Positions 1-10,063 of a stretch of DNA of 64,000 nucleotides are shown here, one piece after another (the first letter of the stretch is position 1; each line of letters begins with the position of its first letter). Where the stretch lies: NCBI GenBank assembly GCA_965213815.1, contig OZ243917.1:1694385-1758384 (forward strand), read 5' to 3'. The DNA is from Alphaproteobacteria bacterium. Lineage in GTDB: Bacteria; Pseudomonadota; Alphaproteobacteria; SP197. The notes below the pieces were generated by a model. That model did no database searches and was not told the origin of the DNA. It was given only the letters and a program-made list of their open reading frames with translations. A program made the translations under genes and the position numbers.

Positions 1-282
1 GGAAACTGGCTGGCATGGGCCCGCAACGCCAATACACAGGCAAGGAGGTTGGCCGATGGCCTCGAGGCCATCGATGGTGTCCATCTCATCCACCCCGTCG
101 ACGTCAACGAGATCTTCCTCGAAATGCCTCTCGCCATTTTCGAGCGTCTCAAGAGGACCGGGTTCGGATTCTATCCTATCCAGCTCACCGCTAGGGGCAC
201 CGGTACGGTGCGTCTCGTCACGTCCTTCAACACCTCCGTTGATGACATCCAACGTCTCCTGAATGCTGCAGGCACAGCGTGA
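1..282 (+). CDS. ltaE: Low-specificity threonine aldolase family protein, 3' end (runs off window start)
   Basis: Frame 1 is open from base 1: GNWLAWARNANTQARRLADGL...VNEIF...VRLVTSFNT, resembling the beta-eliminating lyase/threonine aldolase C-terminus. Confidence 0.6.
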   Translation, partial: GNWLAWARNANTQARRLADGLEAIDGVHLIHPVDVNEIFLEMPLAIFERLKRTGFGFYPIQLTARGTGTVRLVTSFNTSVDDIQRLLNAAGTA

Positions 283-679
283 GTGCACCGACCCGCTGGA
301 GGGAACTCCGATATGCCTGATACATGCCGGGACTGTGATGGCGGTTGACATTTACTTGAGGTGGAGCGGACACACCATCGCTGGTTTCGCTGCAACGCGA
401 GTTCCTTCGCCTGTATCTCGCCTTTGCCGTACGCTGCCGTAGCCGCAACTATCCAGAGGCCTGGCTTGGATTCGGTATGCCGGTTGACAGCCCACTCCTT
501 GTGGCTCCTTCGCTCACATCGATACTCCGAGTGTTGTCACTTCGCCGGTACCATACTTGGATGGTATCAACCCAAACCATGGCCTCTTGCATCAGGTGCT
601 GTCTATCTGGTCAAGCAGTTTCGATACCATACACTCGCCACATGACAGCGACGTCGAGCGTGTGCCGGTTTCTCGAAAC

Positions 680-1447
680 GTGAAAGGGGTTGTCTCACCA
701 TGGTCACCTCCGAGTGGTTTGGAAGAACGGCTGAAGGGATTCCCCATTCCTCCGGCACTCTACATTCGGATGAGGGCAGCAAAGGAGTGGCGGCGCGGGG
801 AGCCTGAACTGCGGCTCTTGCCGCTGCTGGTGGATCCGCGCAGAGACGCAGTGGATGTCGGGGCGAACAAGGGAGTGTGGACTTGGTTCCTCGCCCGCAT
901 GGTTCCGGTTGTGCACGCATTCGAACCTAATCCCAAGGCATTTGCCGTACTTCGGCGGAGAGCTGCAGCGAATGTCGTATGCCGGTCTATAGTTTTGTCA
1001 GATTCAAGCGGAGCCGCTTCTCTGAATGTGCCGGAAGGTACCAAAGGGTACTCGAGCCAGGGGCGACGCTGCGGACACTGCCGGAGGGACGCAGGACGCA
1101 GGCATGCGAGCCTGGTTGTCGAAACAGCAAGACTTGACGGTCTGGAGCTTCAGAACGTGGGATTCATGAAGATCGATGTCGAGGGGCACGAGTTGCGTGT
1201 TCTGGAAGGAGCACGGGAAGTTCTGGCGCGGTGTTGACCGGTGCTCGTCGTGGAGATGGAGGAAAAACACTCAGGCCGTCGTGTCGAGAAACACGTGGAA
1301 GAGGTAGAGGCCCATGGTTACGTCTGCCTCGTTCTGCGCCAGGGTCTCCTGAAACCCTTCCGAGCGCTCAGCGTTGGTGCTGTCCGCGGTCGACAGGAGA
1401 GTCTGGATGCTTATGTCTTCAACTTTGTCTTTCTCCCCGCAGGGTGA
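680..1447 (+). pseudogene. FkbM family methyltransferase interrupted by in-frame TGA at 1235-1237
   Basis: VDVGANKG, HAFEPNP and FMKIDVEGHE motifs; ORFs 557..1237 and 1241..1447 are in the same frame, reading ARC*PVLVVEMEE; start at GTG 680 is an estimate. Confidence 0.8.
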
Positions 1448-1889
1448 GGATTGCCCGAATGTTCATGGCAGTTGTCGGCGTGGAAGTGCGTGAGGCTACG
1501 GTTTGGGTCAAGGGCGGCAGTATTGTCGGGGCCGACGAAAGCTGTGTCGGCAAGCGCCAAGTCGACAGCGTTACCGGCGAGATGTACCCGATGCATCATC
1601 ACGCAGCCCAGGCGTGCCGCGCTCGCATGTGAACAACCGTTCGCGGGCCTACATGGTGTCGGACATCATCGGATGGACAGTCTGCGATGGCATTCCTTGA
1701 CGGATATCCGTGCGCTGATCGCCTACACTTGAGCGAGTCTGTCACATGAGGAAACGAGTGTGTCCGACGCGCACGCTCGGCACTGTTTGGGCGGGGCGCA
1801 GCAATGCCTCCGCCTACCCGGCCCCTTCTCTTATTGTGCGGAAACCAACCAAGAAAAGCCTGCGGCTCTTGGGGGAGAAGATGTGGAAT

Positions 1890-2708
1890 CTACTTCTTTG
1901 CAATCATCCACATATTGTCACCAAGCGGAAAGCGGTCAAGAAATCCAAAGCTGCTCACTGTCAAACCCGATGATATCACCATATCTCTCAGAGTGTCCGG
2001 TGTAAAATAATTCAAATGCCCTGGAAAGCGGAATCCGCACCACCTGGAACCCAATACTCTTCTGTTTATGCAAGAAAAGTTAGGGACCTTTACAATCGCG
2101 ACTCCTTGCGGTTGAAGAACCCTCGCCGATTGAATAAGTAGATCACTCGGATTGTGTTCATGTTCCAGAAACGAGCGCATGAGTATGCCTGTTGCTGAGT
2201 TTGACTCAAATTCCGAAAGGCCATCAAGAGCGGGTGCGTTGATGACGAACCCGCCTCGGCGCGAAAGGCGAGACTCGGCCTCTTGCGCGAGAGCTTGGGA
2301 TATTTCTATGCCAACGGGGCGGTATCCATCAGGAAGAGAGTGTAGCCGGCTGCCATCTCCACAACCAATGTCAATAACAAGGCCGGGTGAGACGTAACGT
2401 TGTATTCTACTTAGTGACTTATCCAGTCTCTTGGGGGACAGTTTTCGAATTGCTTTCCAGGAATGGGATAGTCCGTAGAGAATGGGGTATTCTTGACGCA
2501 TGCGTGCTTTGCGATCTTTGAAGTTCTTTTCCCATGCATAATCGTGCTTAAAGTCAGAATAGCCCGGAGGATTTTCCAAATAGACGAACCGGCAGTCTTT
2601 GCATTGGCGTAACAGCCATCCCTTCCAAGAGTAAGAAAGGGCTCTCTCTCTCGAGTTATCTGCATTGCATGTTGGACAGGTGCGGCGCAAGAGCAGCGGA
2701 GGCGTCAT
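1890..2708 (-). CDS. Class I SAM-dependent methyltransferase with N-terminal CxxC...CxxC zinc-binding motif
   Basis: CPTC..CKDC, VIDIGCGDG SAM motif, LEHEHNP, HLNYFT. Confidence 0.85.
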   Translation of the reverse strand: MTPPLLLRRTCPTCNADNSRERALSYSWKGWLLRQCKDCRFVYLENPPGYSDFKHDYAWEKNFKDRKARMRQEYPILYGLSHSWKAIRKLSPKRLDKSLSRIQRYVSPGLVIDIGCGDGSRLHSLPDGYRPVGIEISQALAQEAESRLSRRGGFVINAPALDGLSEFESNSATGILMRSFLEHEHNPSDLLIQSARVLQPQGVAIVKVPNFSCINRRVLGSRWCGFRFPGHLNYFTPDTLRDMVISSGLTVSSFGFLDRFPLGDNMWMIAKK

Positions 2709-2914
2709 TTGTCTAGATCTCCCGGACCAATTCGTTGGCGTGCGTTGGACTGGTTGCAGAGGAGCCCAGTGGGGTTTCAGGTAGTCCGAGAATCAGCACT
2801 TGGGCCACTTACCAGTTAGCGATCATCTGGACTAGGATTCACTCCAACGGCGCGTTTTGATGCCAAGTGTGTTGTAGGTAGTCATATTGGAAGTGTCAAC
2901 GATCTGCTCCTCAG

Positions 2915-3290
2915 GTGAAGTCGGGCATGCTTCGCCAGTTTCCATTGCCAAGGGAAATTGTAGAATCAACTTTTGCCCGGAGCACAATAGTTGCACTGCC
3001 TCTTATGGAGTTCCCGTGCGCCAGGATGACATGTCGTACCGGATCAAGGGCCAGCAACTCTGGTTGTCCTCCGATCACACGTCAGCCCGTATGTTGCTGG
3101 GCAACCAGTAACGGATGTACTTCTCTGCTGGCGCCATCGTCGACATCGTGCGCACGCTCGGCGTACACGGCACCGAGTGTGCCTGCTTGCGCGTGGACAC
3201 CCCACGCCACCGGTTGCTCGAGGTTGCCGTGTGCCTCTCCTTGGGCTCGGTCTTTCCCTGCAGGATGTGGTTCATGTTCGTTCGGTAGGC
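2915..3290 (+). pseudogene. IS1380-family transposase C-terminal remnant
   Basis: Joining frames gives CAR/DMSYRIKGQQLWLSSDHTSARMLLGNQ*RMYFSA, matching the IS1380 pattern YCARGDMENRIKEQQL.LFADRTS...NQLRL.F; contains frameshifts and a stop. Confidence 0.6.
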
Positions 3291-3544
3291 GATTAGAGTA
3301 CGGCGTTCGGCGTTTGAGTTGATTTGGCTTGGCCTCGCGCGGGAGATTCTCTGGTTCATTGAGAGGGATCGGAGGATTGTTCATGGCGACGGACGTTTTC
3401 GCATCGTCGATAGATGGCTCCGGCCAGAAGTTTCCGGGTGATGCCGGGTGGCGTGCCTCGATGGCGGATTTCGAGCACTGGGCCGGTTCGCTGTGTTGTT
3501 TCTGCGCGGTCCCTGGCGTGTCGCTGAAGACGATTCGGGGGTGG

Positions 3545-4304
3545 TTAGGCCTCACTGCCAGGAGGGCCAAGGGCCACCGTTAAGTGTGGCGGCTTTGTTG
3601 AGGTCGCAGCGGTGTTGGGATGTAGAGCTTTCGTTTGGCGACGGAGGCTCCCGCGCAGCAGATTCGTTGCCGCGGAATGCCGGAAGACGTGCGCCATCAA
3701 CAGTCCCTGCGCCTTGATGCCGAACCGCTTGGTCGCAGCTTTCGCGACCGTCGACACAACACTGCTGGCCAAGGCTGATGGAGCAGCGGCATCATGCGCA
3801 GGAAGATGTTCCCGATATCCACGACAGGCCGAGCATGGAGAAAACAGTCCCTGATCGCGTCGCCGATATCCTGCGGCAGCGGCAAAACAGCGGCTCGCCG
3901 CGAATTGCCGCTGATCCGGATGAGCGCATTGTCCCAGTCGATATCGCTCAACCGACAGCGGGCAACATCGCCGGCACGCAGGGCGAGCAAGGCAAGCAAC
4001 AGCAGCATGGCGTGATCCCGCAGTCCCTCAGGCGTCGCCCGGTCGCCGGATGCGATGATGTGTTCGATATCGTCCCGCGGCATGAGACGGGGCAATGTCG
4101 AGAACCTCTGGCGGGGAACCGTCGGCACAGCAGCGGCAAGCCAGGGCCGGCAAAGGCCCTGGAAGCGCAGATACGACCGAAGGAGGGGCCTGGAGGGGCT
4201 GCTGGAGCGTCGTCGCGGCAAGGCCTCGGAGCGGCGGGTTACGTTCGCGCCATGCTTCACATGAGTTTCGCAGCGTCAGGCGAAAACAGCGTGGAATGCT
4301 CCTG
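3545..4304 (-). pseudogene. Tyrosine recombinase (RIT-like) pseudogene
   Basis: LRSYLRF..LAAAVPTV, GLRDHAMLLLLALLALRAGDV (box I) in 3697..4260 and AHVFRHSAATNLLR (box II) in 3545..3772; frameshifted. Confidence 0.75.
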
Positions 4305-4599
4305 GAGACCTCTGCGTTGTTTCTAACTCGTTGAGAGTATAGATGGAAGTTGGGGGTCGGAATTTGTTTTCCCCCAATCGTCGTCCTGTAACCTTTTGAG
4401 AAGACACGATTGTCTGTTCCGGCCCTGGCTCATCTGGCGGGATTCCACCCCAGGGCCCTGCTCGCGTCGCACCGGCAGCCTCTGCAGGCGGGCTGAACCG
4501 GCATCGGTCCGGCGACAGCCTCCCCTCGCCGCGCCTGCCGTACGTGACCATACGGCGTCCTCCTGAACAGTGCGGATGTGGATTAACTGACGGAATAAA

Positions 4600-4628
4600 T
4601 TGACGAAAGGTGTCGTCATGGGCTATGT
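4600..4628 (+). promoter_or_regulatory. Putative sigma70 promoter of the transposase
   Basis: TTGACG-N17-CTATGT upstream of RBS AAGGAGGT (4653-4660). Confidence 0.35.
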
Positions 4629-4672
4629 CTCGAGTGTCAAGCCCACCTCGGCAAGGAGGTACGACCAGCGCC

Positions 4673-6139
4673 ATGACGACACAGACACCCTTACTCTTCT
4701 CCTGGTCCGACGTCGAGAGCCTTCCCGACATCGAGCGCCTGCGCCGGGTCCTCGATGCCCTGCCCGACGACGCCCTCATCACCGCCCTCGAGAAGCGACG
4801 CGGCAAGGGCCGCAACGACTATCCCCTCGAAGCCATGTGGCGGGCCCTGGTGGCCGGCATCGTCTTCCAGCATCCCTCGATCGAGGCGCTGTTGAGGGAA
4901 CTCAACCGCAATCCGACCTTGCTCGATGCCTGCGGCTTCCATCCGGTGCCCTTGAGGGGCAAGCGCAGGCTTCGACAGGATCCGCAGACCGGAGTGATCC
5001 ACGTCATCGCTGGCAAGGAGCGTTCGTCGATCCCCTCGAGCTACAATGTGTCACGCTTTGTCGTGTCCCTGCTCAAGGTTGAAGAAGAGGAAGGGCTGTT
5101 GTCACAGATGCTCGTCGACCTGCGGCACCGACTGATGGATCTCATACCCGACTTCGGCGTCCACCTTGGCTGCGATGGCAAGGCCATCGCGAGCCAGTCG
5201 ACGGGCGTGGTCAACACGACGACGGGCAAGACGTCGGACCAGGATGCGAACTGGGGCAAGCACGAGACCTCCGGCGTGAATGCCGAGGGCAAGGTCTGGA
5301 CGAAGGTCAAGAGCTGGTTCGGCTATACTCTTCATCTGATCGCCGACACCACGTACGAGATCCCCGTCGCGGCGGCGCTGACGAAGGCCTCGGCCTCGGA
5401 GGTCAAGACCCTTGAAGCGATGCTGGCGACGTTGTTCGAGGAAAGTCCGGACCTGGCGCGACGCTGCAGGGACATGAGTGCCGACCGGGGCTACGACAGC
5501 GGTTCTCTCAAGAAGGCCCTGTGGGAGACCTGGCAGGTCCGCCCGATCATCGATACCCGCCTGATGTGGCGCAACGAGAAGGCGGAGCCCGGTCATGACC
5601 CGAAGAAGCGGATCAGCCGGCCGCTCGATGCCGGGAAGGCCGATACCATGGTCTATACCGAACGTGGCGAGGTCCGCTGCATCTCTTCCGAGACCGGCAG
5701 CGAACGGGATCTGGCCTTCCAGGGCTTCGAGGCGACGAGAGGAACCCTCAAGTACCGCTGTCCGGCGGCAGCTTATGGCTTCAACTGCCAGGGTCGGAAG
5801 GTCTGTGAGGCGGCCGGTGAGTGCCACACACAAGGATACGGCCGCATCGTCCGGGTGCCTCTCGACCTCGACCGCCGGATCTTCACCCCGACACCCCGCA
5901 GTTCACTCACCTGGGCCCGCTGCTACCGGGGACGGTCCGCACTCGAGAGAATCAATGGCCGTCTTGATCAGAGCTTCGGCTTCGAGCACCACACGATCCG
6001 CGGCTTGAGCAAGATGAAGGCCCGGGTCAATCTCGCCCTCGTGGTGATGATGGCGCTGGCTCATGCCAGCGTCGAGGAGCGCCAGCCCCACCTGATGCGG
6101 AGTCTGGTGCGGACCGGCACCCTGCCCGATACCAGCTGA
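4673..6139 (+). CDS. DDE transposase (DUF772-like N-terminus, IS1182/IS5-like)
   Basis: GRNDYP..MWRAL, acidic motifs CDGK / ADRGYD / ALERING; ATG 4673 follows a strong RBS. Confidence 0.88.
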   Translation: MTTQTPLLFSWSDVESLPDIERLRRVLDALPDDALITALEKRRGKGRNDYPLEAMWRALVAGIVFQHPSIEALLRELNRNPTLLDACGFHPVPLRGKRRLRQDPQTGVIHVIAGKERSSIPSSYNVSRFVVSLLKVEEEEGLLSQMLVDLRHRLMDLIPDFGVHLGCDGKAIASQSTGVVNTTTGKTSDQDANWGKHETSGVNAEGKVWTKVKSWFGYTLHLIADTTYEIPVAAALTKASASEVKTLEAMLATLFEESPDLARRCRDMSADRGYDSGSLKKALWETWQVRPIIDTRLMWRNEKAEPGHDPKKRISRPLDAGKADTMVYTERGEVRCISSETGSERDLAFQGFEATRGTLKYRCPAAAYGFNCQGRKVCEAAGECHTQGYGRIVRVPLDLDRRIFTPTPRSSLTWARCYRGRSALERINGRLDQSFGFEHHTIRGLSKMKARVNLALVVMMALAHASVEERQPHLMRSLVRTGTLPDTS

Positions 6140-6617
6140 TCCAGGCTGCCGCTGAAGCCCGGCGTTCCGCGAGACCCGTCTGAGCGGAACGCTTCCGCTC
6201 GTCCGGATGTCACCGCCGGCCCTCAACAGCGCTCGAAATCAGTCGTGAAGCATCGATTCAGCAGCCCGAAGCGGGCTCAGAGCCGCTGCCGGGTGGTGCT
6301 GGCGCCCGATTGGCGGGGGCAGCCCGGCAGGCCGAGGCGCCGAAAATCGCTACAGCGCAAGAGTCTCTCCTGCGCGCTGACTTGATCTTCCCTTTGTCTT
6401 CGGCATACGGTACGCATGTCCATGCAGAACAGACGATGCCCGGCAGGGGCGTGCGTTTCGTGCGCTGGTCGGGCGTCCGGGTGGCAGGCTCGGAGATGAT
6501 GCGATGACCATCTTCAAAAGAAGCACGATCGGCTGATGGACCCGCCTGCCAAGTTCGGTCGCGCCTCTCTCGAAGCGTTGGGCGCGCACCTTACGATCAA
6601 GGCGGAAGAAGGTGTCC

Positions 6618-7364
6618 ATGCGTAGATTTTTGTTAAAACCCAAATTCATCCTTCTGGCCTGCCAGCCCAAAACCGCATCGACCTTCCTCACAACAACGCT
6701 TGGAGGCCTGCCCGGGGGCCGCGTGGTTCGGCTGATGCCGCGCTATGACCGGCGCGAGCAGGAACTCTGCGAAATCCGGCTTCGAAAACACCAATTTCGA
6801 AAGTGCGGGCTTCGAACCACCCGGCACTTGATCTCGGCAGCACATGTGCGGAACAGCGCGTCCACCCAGCGCCTGATCGACATTTTCAATATGAAGACGG
6901 TCGTGTTGACGCGTGACCTCTTCGACTCCGTCGTCAGCATTCGCGATCATATCCGCCGCGAAAGCACTGTTTGGCCCATGGCGTGGTTTGACGAGCGACA
7001 CAGTGTCATGGATGACGAAGCCCTAGCTTGTGCGATTGCCCACCTCATGGTGCCTTGGTATCTGAACTTCTACTACTCTTGGAAAACCGCCCCGAGTGTT
7101 TTGCACGTCGACTACGATGACATCGCACTTGATCCCCTCCAAACGATCGAGCGTATCGCCGCGTATTGCGGTGTTGCCGCGACCAAGGCGGACATCACAG
7201 CGGCCATGGGCTCCGCCCGGACCGCTGGCTCGCGCTATAACAAGGGGAAGACGGGTCGCGGCGACTACTTGCCTAACAGCGCAAGACGAGCCATCCGGAG
7301 AATTGTCGAGACATATCCCGGCAGCCAGGATGACCCATACTTTCGGCGCGTCTACGCCAGCTGA
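6618..7364 (+). CDS. Sulfotransferase domain protein
   Basis: PKTASTF (5'-PSB loop), TRDLFDSVVS (3'-PB), VDYDDI..DP. Confidence 0.75.
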   Translation: MRRFLLKPKFILLACQPKTASTFLTTTLGGLPGGRVVRLMPRYDRREQELCEIRLRKHQFRKCGLRTTRHLISAAHVRNSASTQRLIDIFNMKTVVLTRDLFDSVVSIRDHIRRESTVWPMAWFDERHSVMDDEALACAIAHLMVPWYLNFYYSWKTAPSVLHVDYDDIALDPLQTIERIAAYCGVAATKADITAAMGSARTAGSRYNKGKTGRGDYLPNSARRAIRRIVETYPGSQDDPYFRRVYAS

Positions 7365-7577
7365 CCAAACTCCTACGAGCCCTCTAATTGGCATCCGAAT
7401 GGAAACATGTAAGCGTTTGGTTGCGCGGCGATGCCGGGGAAACGCCTAGCCTGAAGTGTGCCAATGAGAACGGGCAACTTTTAGTTTGCATTGCCATAGG
7501 GGATATGTGGATGGACTTGAACGAAGGGCCACTACGCGGCCAGTGTCCGGCAGAAGGGGCACTAGTCGAGTGAGGGC

Positions 7578-8360
7578 ATGAAGATTACGATCATCAATCT
7601 AGAGCGGTCGAACGACAGGCGGCGTGAGATAGTGTCGAATCTAGAATCCCTAAGTCTTGATTATGGTGTTCACTCTGCGGTTGATGGTATGGACTTTCCG
7701 CAGGAGTATGAGATACTCGTGGACTGGAAGGGATCATGTCGTGACGGGATCGATATCCACATGGGTTCTGTGGCAAACTGGATAAGTCAGAGCCAAGTGT
7801 TGCATGAAATGGTGGAAAACGGCCCGAATGTTATGACTGTACTCGAAGATGATGCTGTGCCAACACGACATTTGCCGGCGGTTCTGGCCGCGCTTGAAAA
7901 TATGACCGACTATTTTGATATTGTCTTTCTTCACTATGGACCAGACCGCCCATTCATAATGGCGCGTGACCTTCCCGCAGGGCATCGAATGGGCTGGCTG
8001 AGATGGTCGCACTATGGAACGCAAGGCTATGTGATTACACGGCGAGCGGCAAGAACCTTTCTTTCGCACTATCCTTTAGCGAGAACCGGTATCGATCGCG
8101 CGCTTGCCAGCTATTGGCGACACGGGCTTCGGACATTCTGTGTGCGACCGGCTGTCATTCATCATGCTGAGCATTTCCAGAGAGAAAGTTCAATGAAGCT
8201 GAATGCGCCGGTTGTTCGATGGCCGGAATCTTCAAGAGCTCTTCGTCGAGGGTGGTTCAGGACAAAGGAGGGCACCCTTAAGAAGATAGCGTTTTCTCGT
8301 CGAATGATTAGGACGTTCGGCTTTGCAGCGGGTCTCCGTCGAATTATGTGGCCAGAGTGA
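7578..8360 (+). CDS. Glycosyltransferase family 25
   Basis: IINLERSNDRR, AVDG, VLEDDA, GTQGYVIT. Confidence 0.9.
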   Translation: MKITIINLERSNDRRREIVSNLESLSLDYGVHSAVDGMDFPQEYEILVDWKGSCRDGIDIHMGSVANWISQSQVLHEMVENGPNVMTVLEDDAVPTRHLPAVLAALENMTDYFDIVFLHYGPDRPFIMARDLPAGHRMGWLRWSHYGTQGYVITRRAARTFLSHYPLARTGIDRALASYWRHGLRTFCVRPAVIHHAEHFQRESSMKLNAPVVRWPESSRALRRGWFRTKEGTLKKIAFSRRMIRTFGFAAGLRRIMWPE

Positions 8361-8396
8361 CGGTTGCGCCTGTTTCGAGGTGGCAATGAGTAGGGA

Positions 8397-9254
8397 ATGC
8401 AGGAGTGTTTGGTGAGGACACCGTTCGACAACGTAGGAGGGACTTCACCTTCATGGATCATGGAGTGCATGTACTGCGCTATGTCCCGGATTTATGGGTG
8501 TGGTTACGTCGGGCGCAGAGTGTTTGGACGTCTTCAATGGTTTGAACGAAAGTTCCTTGCAGGTCAGAGCGATGTGGTGGACGTGGCGAGGTTTGGCCTG
8601 CGGTGGAGGCTAAACAGATTTGGCAATGTGTCTGAGTCGCGGTTGTTGCGCAGGCCTGACTCGTTTGAAGTGGAGGAAATTGAGTTTGTGCTTGAAATGG
8701 CTTTTGATGATTTCGTTTTCATTGATGTGGGAGCGAATTGTGGCTACTGGAGCCTGATGGTGGCGAAACAGTTATCGGGTTCCGGGGCGGTAATAGCGAT
8801 CGAACCGCAGCCGATCATGATGGAGCGCCTTCGGTACAATGCAGAGATCAACGGCATCAAGCTTGCCGGCATTCATGAGTGTGTCGTTGGTGAGGGTGTA
8901 GGCTGGACATGGATGGAGGTGGATGAGCGCAACTTAGGTCGAACGCGTGTTTCGGAAAGAGGGGCGTTGAAGGTAGAGATGAAGTCGTTGCTCGCGATTG
9001 TAGTGGGCCACGAGTTGAGACGGATTGATGCTATCAAGGTCGACGTCGAAGGCCACGAGGATAGGGTTCTTGCACCCTTTCTCCGGGATGCGCCCGAAGC
9101 TCTGTTGCCCAGGGCCATTGTGGCGGAGTGTTCTTGGTCCGATCACTGGTATGAGGACTGGCTCAAGTGTGCCGCCGAGAAGGGCTACCGGGAAGTGAAG
9201 CGCACCCGCAATCACAATGTCATCCTGGTTCGTAATGATGGTCGGGTATGTTGA
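8397..9254 (+). CDS. FkbM family methyltransferase
   Basis: FIDVGANCGYWS, IAIEPQP, IKVDVEGHE; true start may lie a little downstream. Confidence 0.88.
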   Translation: MQECLVRTPFDNVGGTSPSWIMECMYCAMSRIYGCGYVGRRVFGRLQWFERKFLAGQSDVVDVARFGLRWRLNRFGNVSESRLLRRPDSFEVEEIEFVLEMAFDDFVFIDVGANCGYWSLMVAKQLSGSGAVIAIEPQPIMMERLRYNAEINGIKLAGIHECVVGEGVGWTWMEVDERNLGRTRVSERGALKVEMKSLLAIVVGHELRRIDAIKVDVEGHEDRVLAPFLRDAPEALLPRAIVAECSWSDHWYEDWLKCAAEKGYREVKRTRNHNVILVRNDGRVC

Positions 9255-9991
9255 CTGCTGTTGTAGTCGCCCACAATGAGGGGAGACAGCTGGATGCATG
9301 TCTCTCCTCGCTGAAGTTCTGTGATTCCCTGGTTGTTGTGCTGGACCGCTGCACTGATGGTTCCGAGGAAATTGCCGAGCGGCATGCCAACGAGGTTGTC
9401 ACCGGCGCCTGGGAGGGGCCGGAAGGACCGCGCCGCCATGCCGGTCTGGACCTCGTCAGGAAAGGCTGGGTTCTCGAAGTCGATGCTGACGAACGGGTGA
9501 CGCCGGCGCTCGCCGCGGAAATCCGCGAGACCATCGCGTGTGCACCGTCACCGGCGCACTATATTGTATCATACGACAACTATGTGGGTACCCGCTTGAT
9601 CCGCTTCGGCTGGGGAGCCTACTTCGGCGTATCGTCGACAGCCAGACTGTTCAGCGCCGGGGCGAAGACGTGGGGAAGCGAGAGGGTTCATCCGAAAGTA
9701 TGGCTTGAGGGGGAGCGACGGTATCTGAGAGAGCGGATGGTTCATTATGTTGACCGGGATATCTCGGACATGATGGCGCGGCTTGATCGCTATACCCGGG
9801 CGCGGGCCCTTGATCTCAAGGAGAGCGGAGACATCGGGACGTTGCCGCGGAATGTGGTGCGCGTCTTCAGTCGGTTCTACAAGTGCTACGTGCGGCGCGG
9901 TGGCTGGAGGGAGGGCCACTGGGGTTTTCTCATTGCCCTGATGGCCGGTCTCTACCCTCTGCTCTCTCATCTTAGAGCGCGCCTCGAATGA
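9248..9991 (+). CDS. Glycosyltransferase family 2 (WaaE/KdtX-like)
   Basis: AHNEG..L..CL, CTDGS, WVLEVDADERV, VHERV-like region; overlaps the upstream gene by 7 bp. Confidence 0.88.
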   Translation: MLTAVVVAHNEGRQLDACLSSLKFCDSLVVVLDRCTDGSEEIAERHANEVVTGAWEGPEGPRRHAGLDLVRKGWVLEVDADERVTPALAAEIRETIACAPSPAHYIVSYDNYVGTRLIRFGWGAYFGVSSTARLFSAGAKTWGSERVHPKVWLEGERRYLRERMVHYVDRDISDMMARLDRYTRARALDLKESGDIGTLPRNVVRVFSRFYKCYVRRGGWREGHWGFLIALMAGLYPLLSHLRARLE

Positions 9992-10063
9992 CATGTGACG
10001 TGGCCGGTGTTGCGTGGGGGAGGGTGGTGTCTGTAGTCTCCTTGGGATCGTGAAACCTGAAGG

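Larger units (their letters stand above)
4305..6367 (+). mobile_element. Insertion sequence (IS1182/IS5-like DDE), about 2063 bp
   Basis: Imperfect TIRs GAGACCTCTGCGTTGT (4305) vs reverse complement GAGACTCTTGCGCTGT (ending 6367), 12/16 identical; flanked by TCCTG at 4300-4304 and 6368-6372. Confidence 0.8.

Noticed and set aside
1232-1240. Selenocysteine in a Cys-Sec pair in FkbM
   Set aside because: The position is normally Arg/Lys-Pro in this family and no SECIS-like hairpin is evident; kept only as a nonsense mutation
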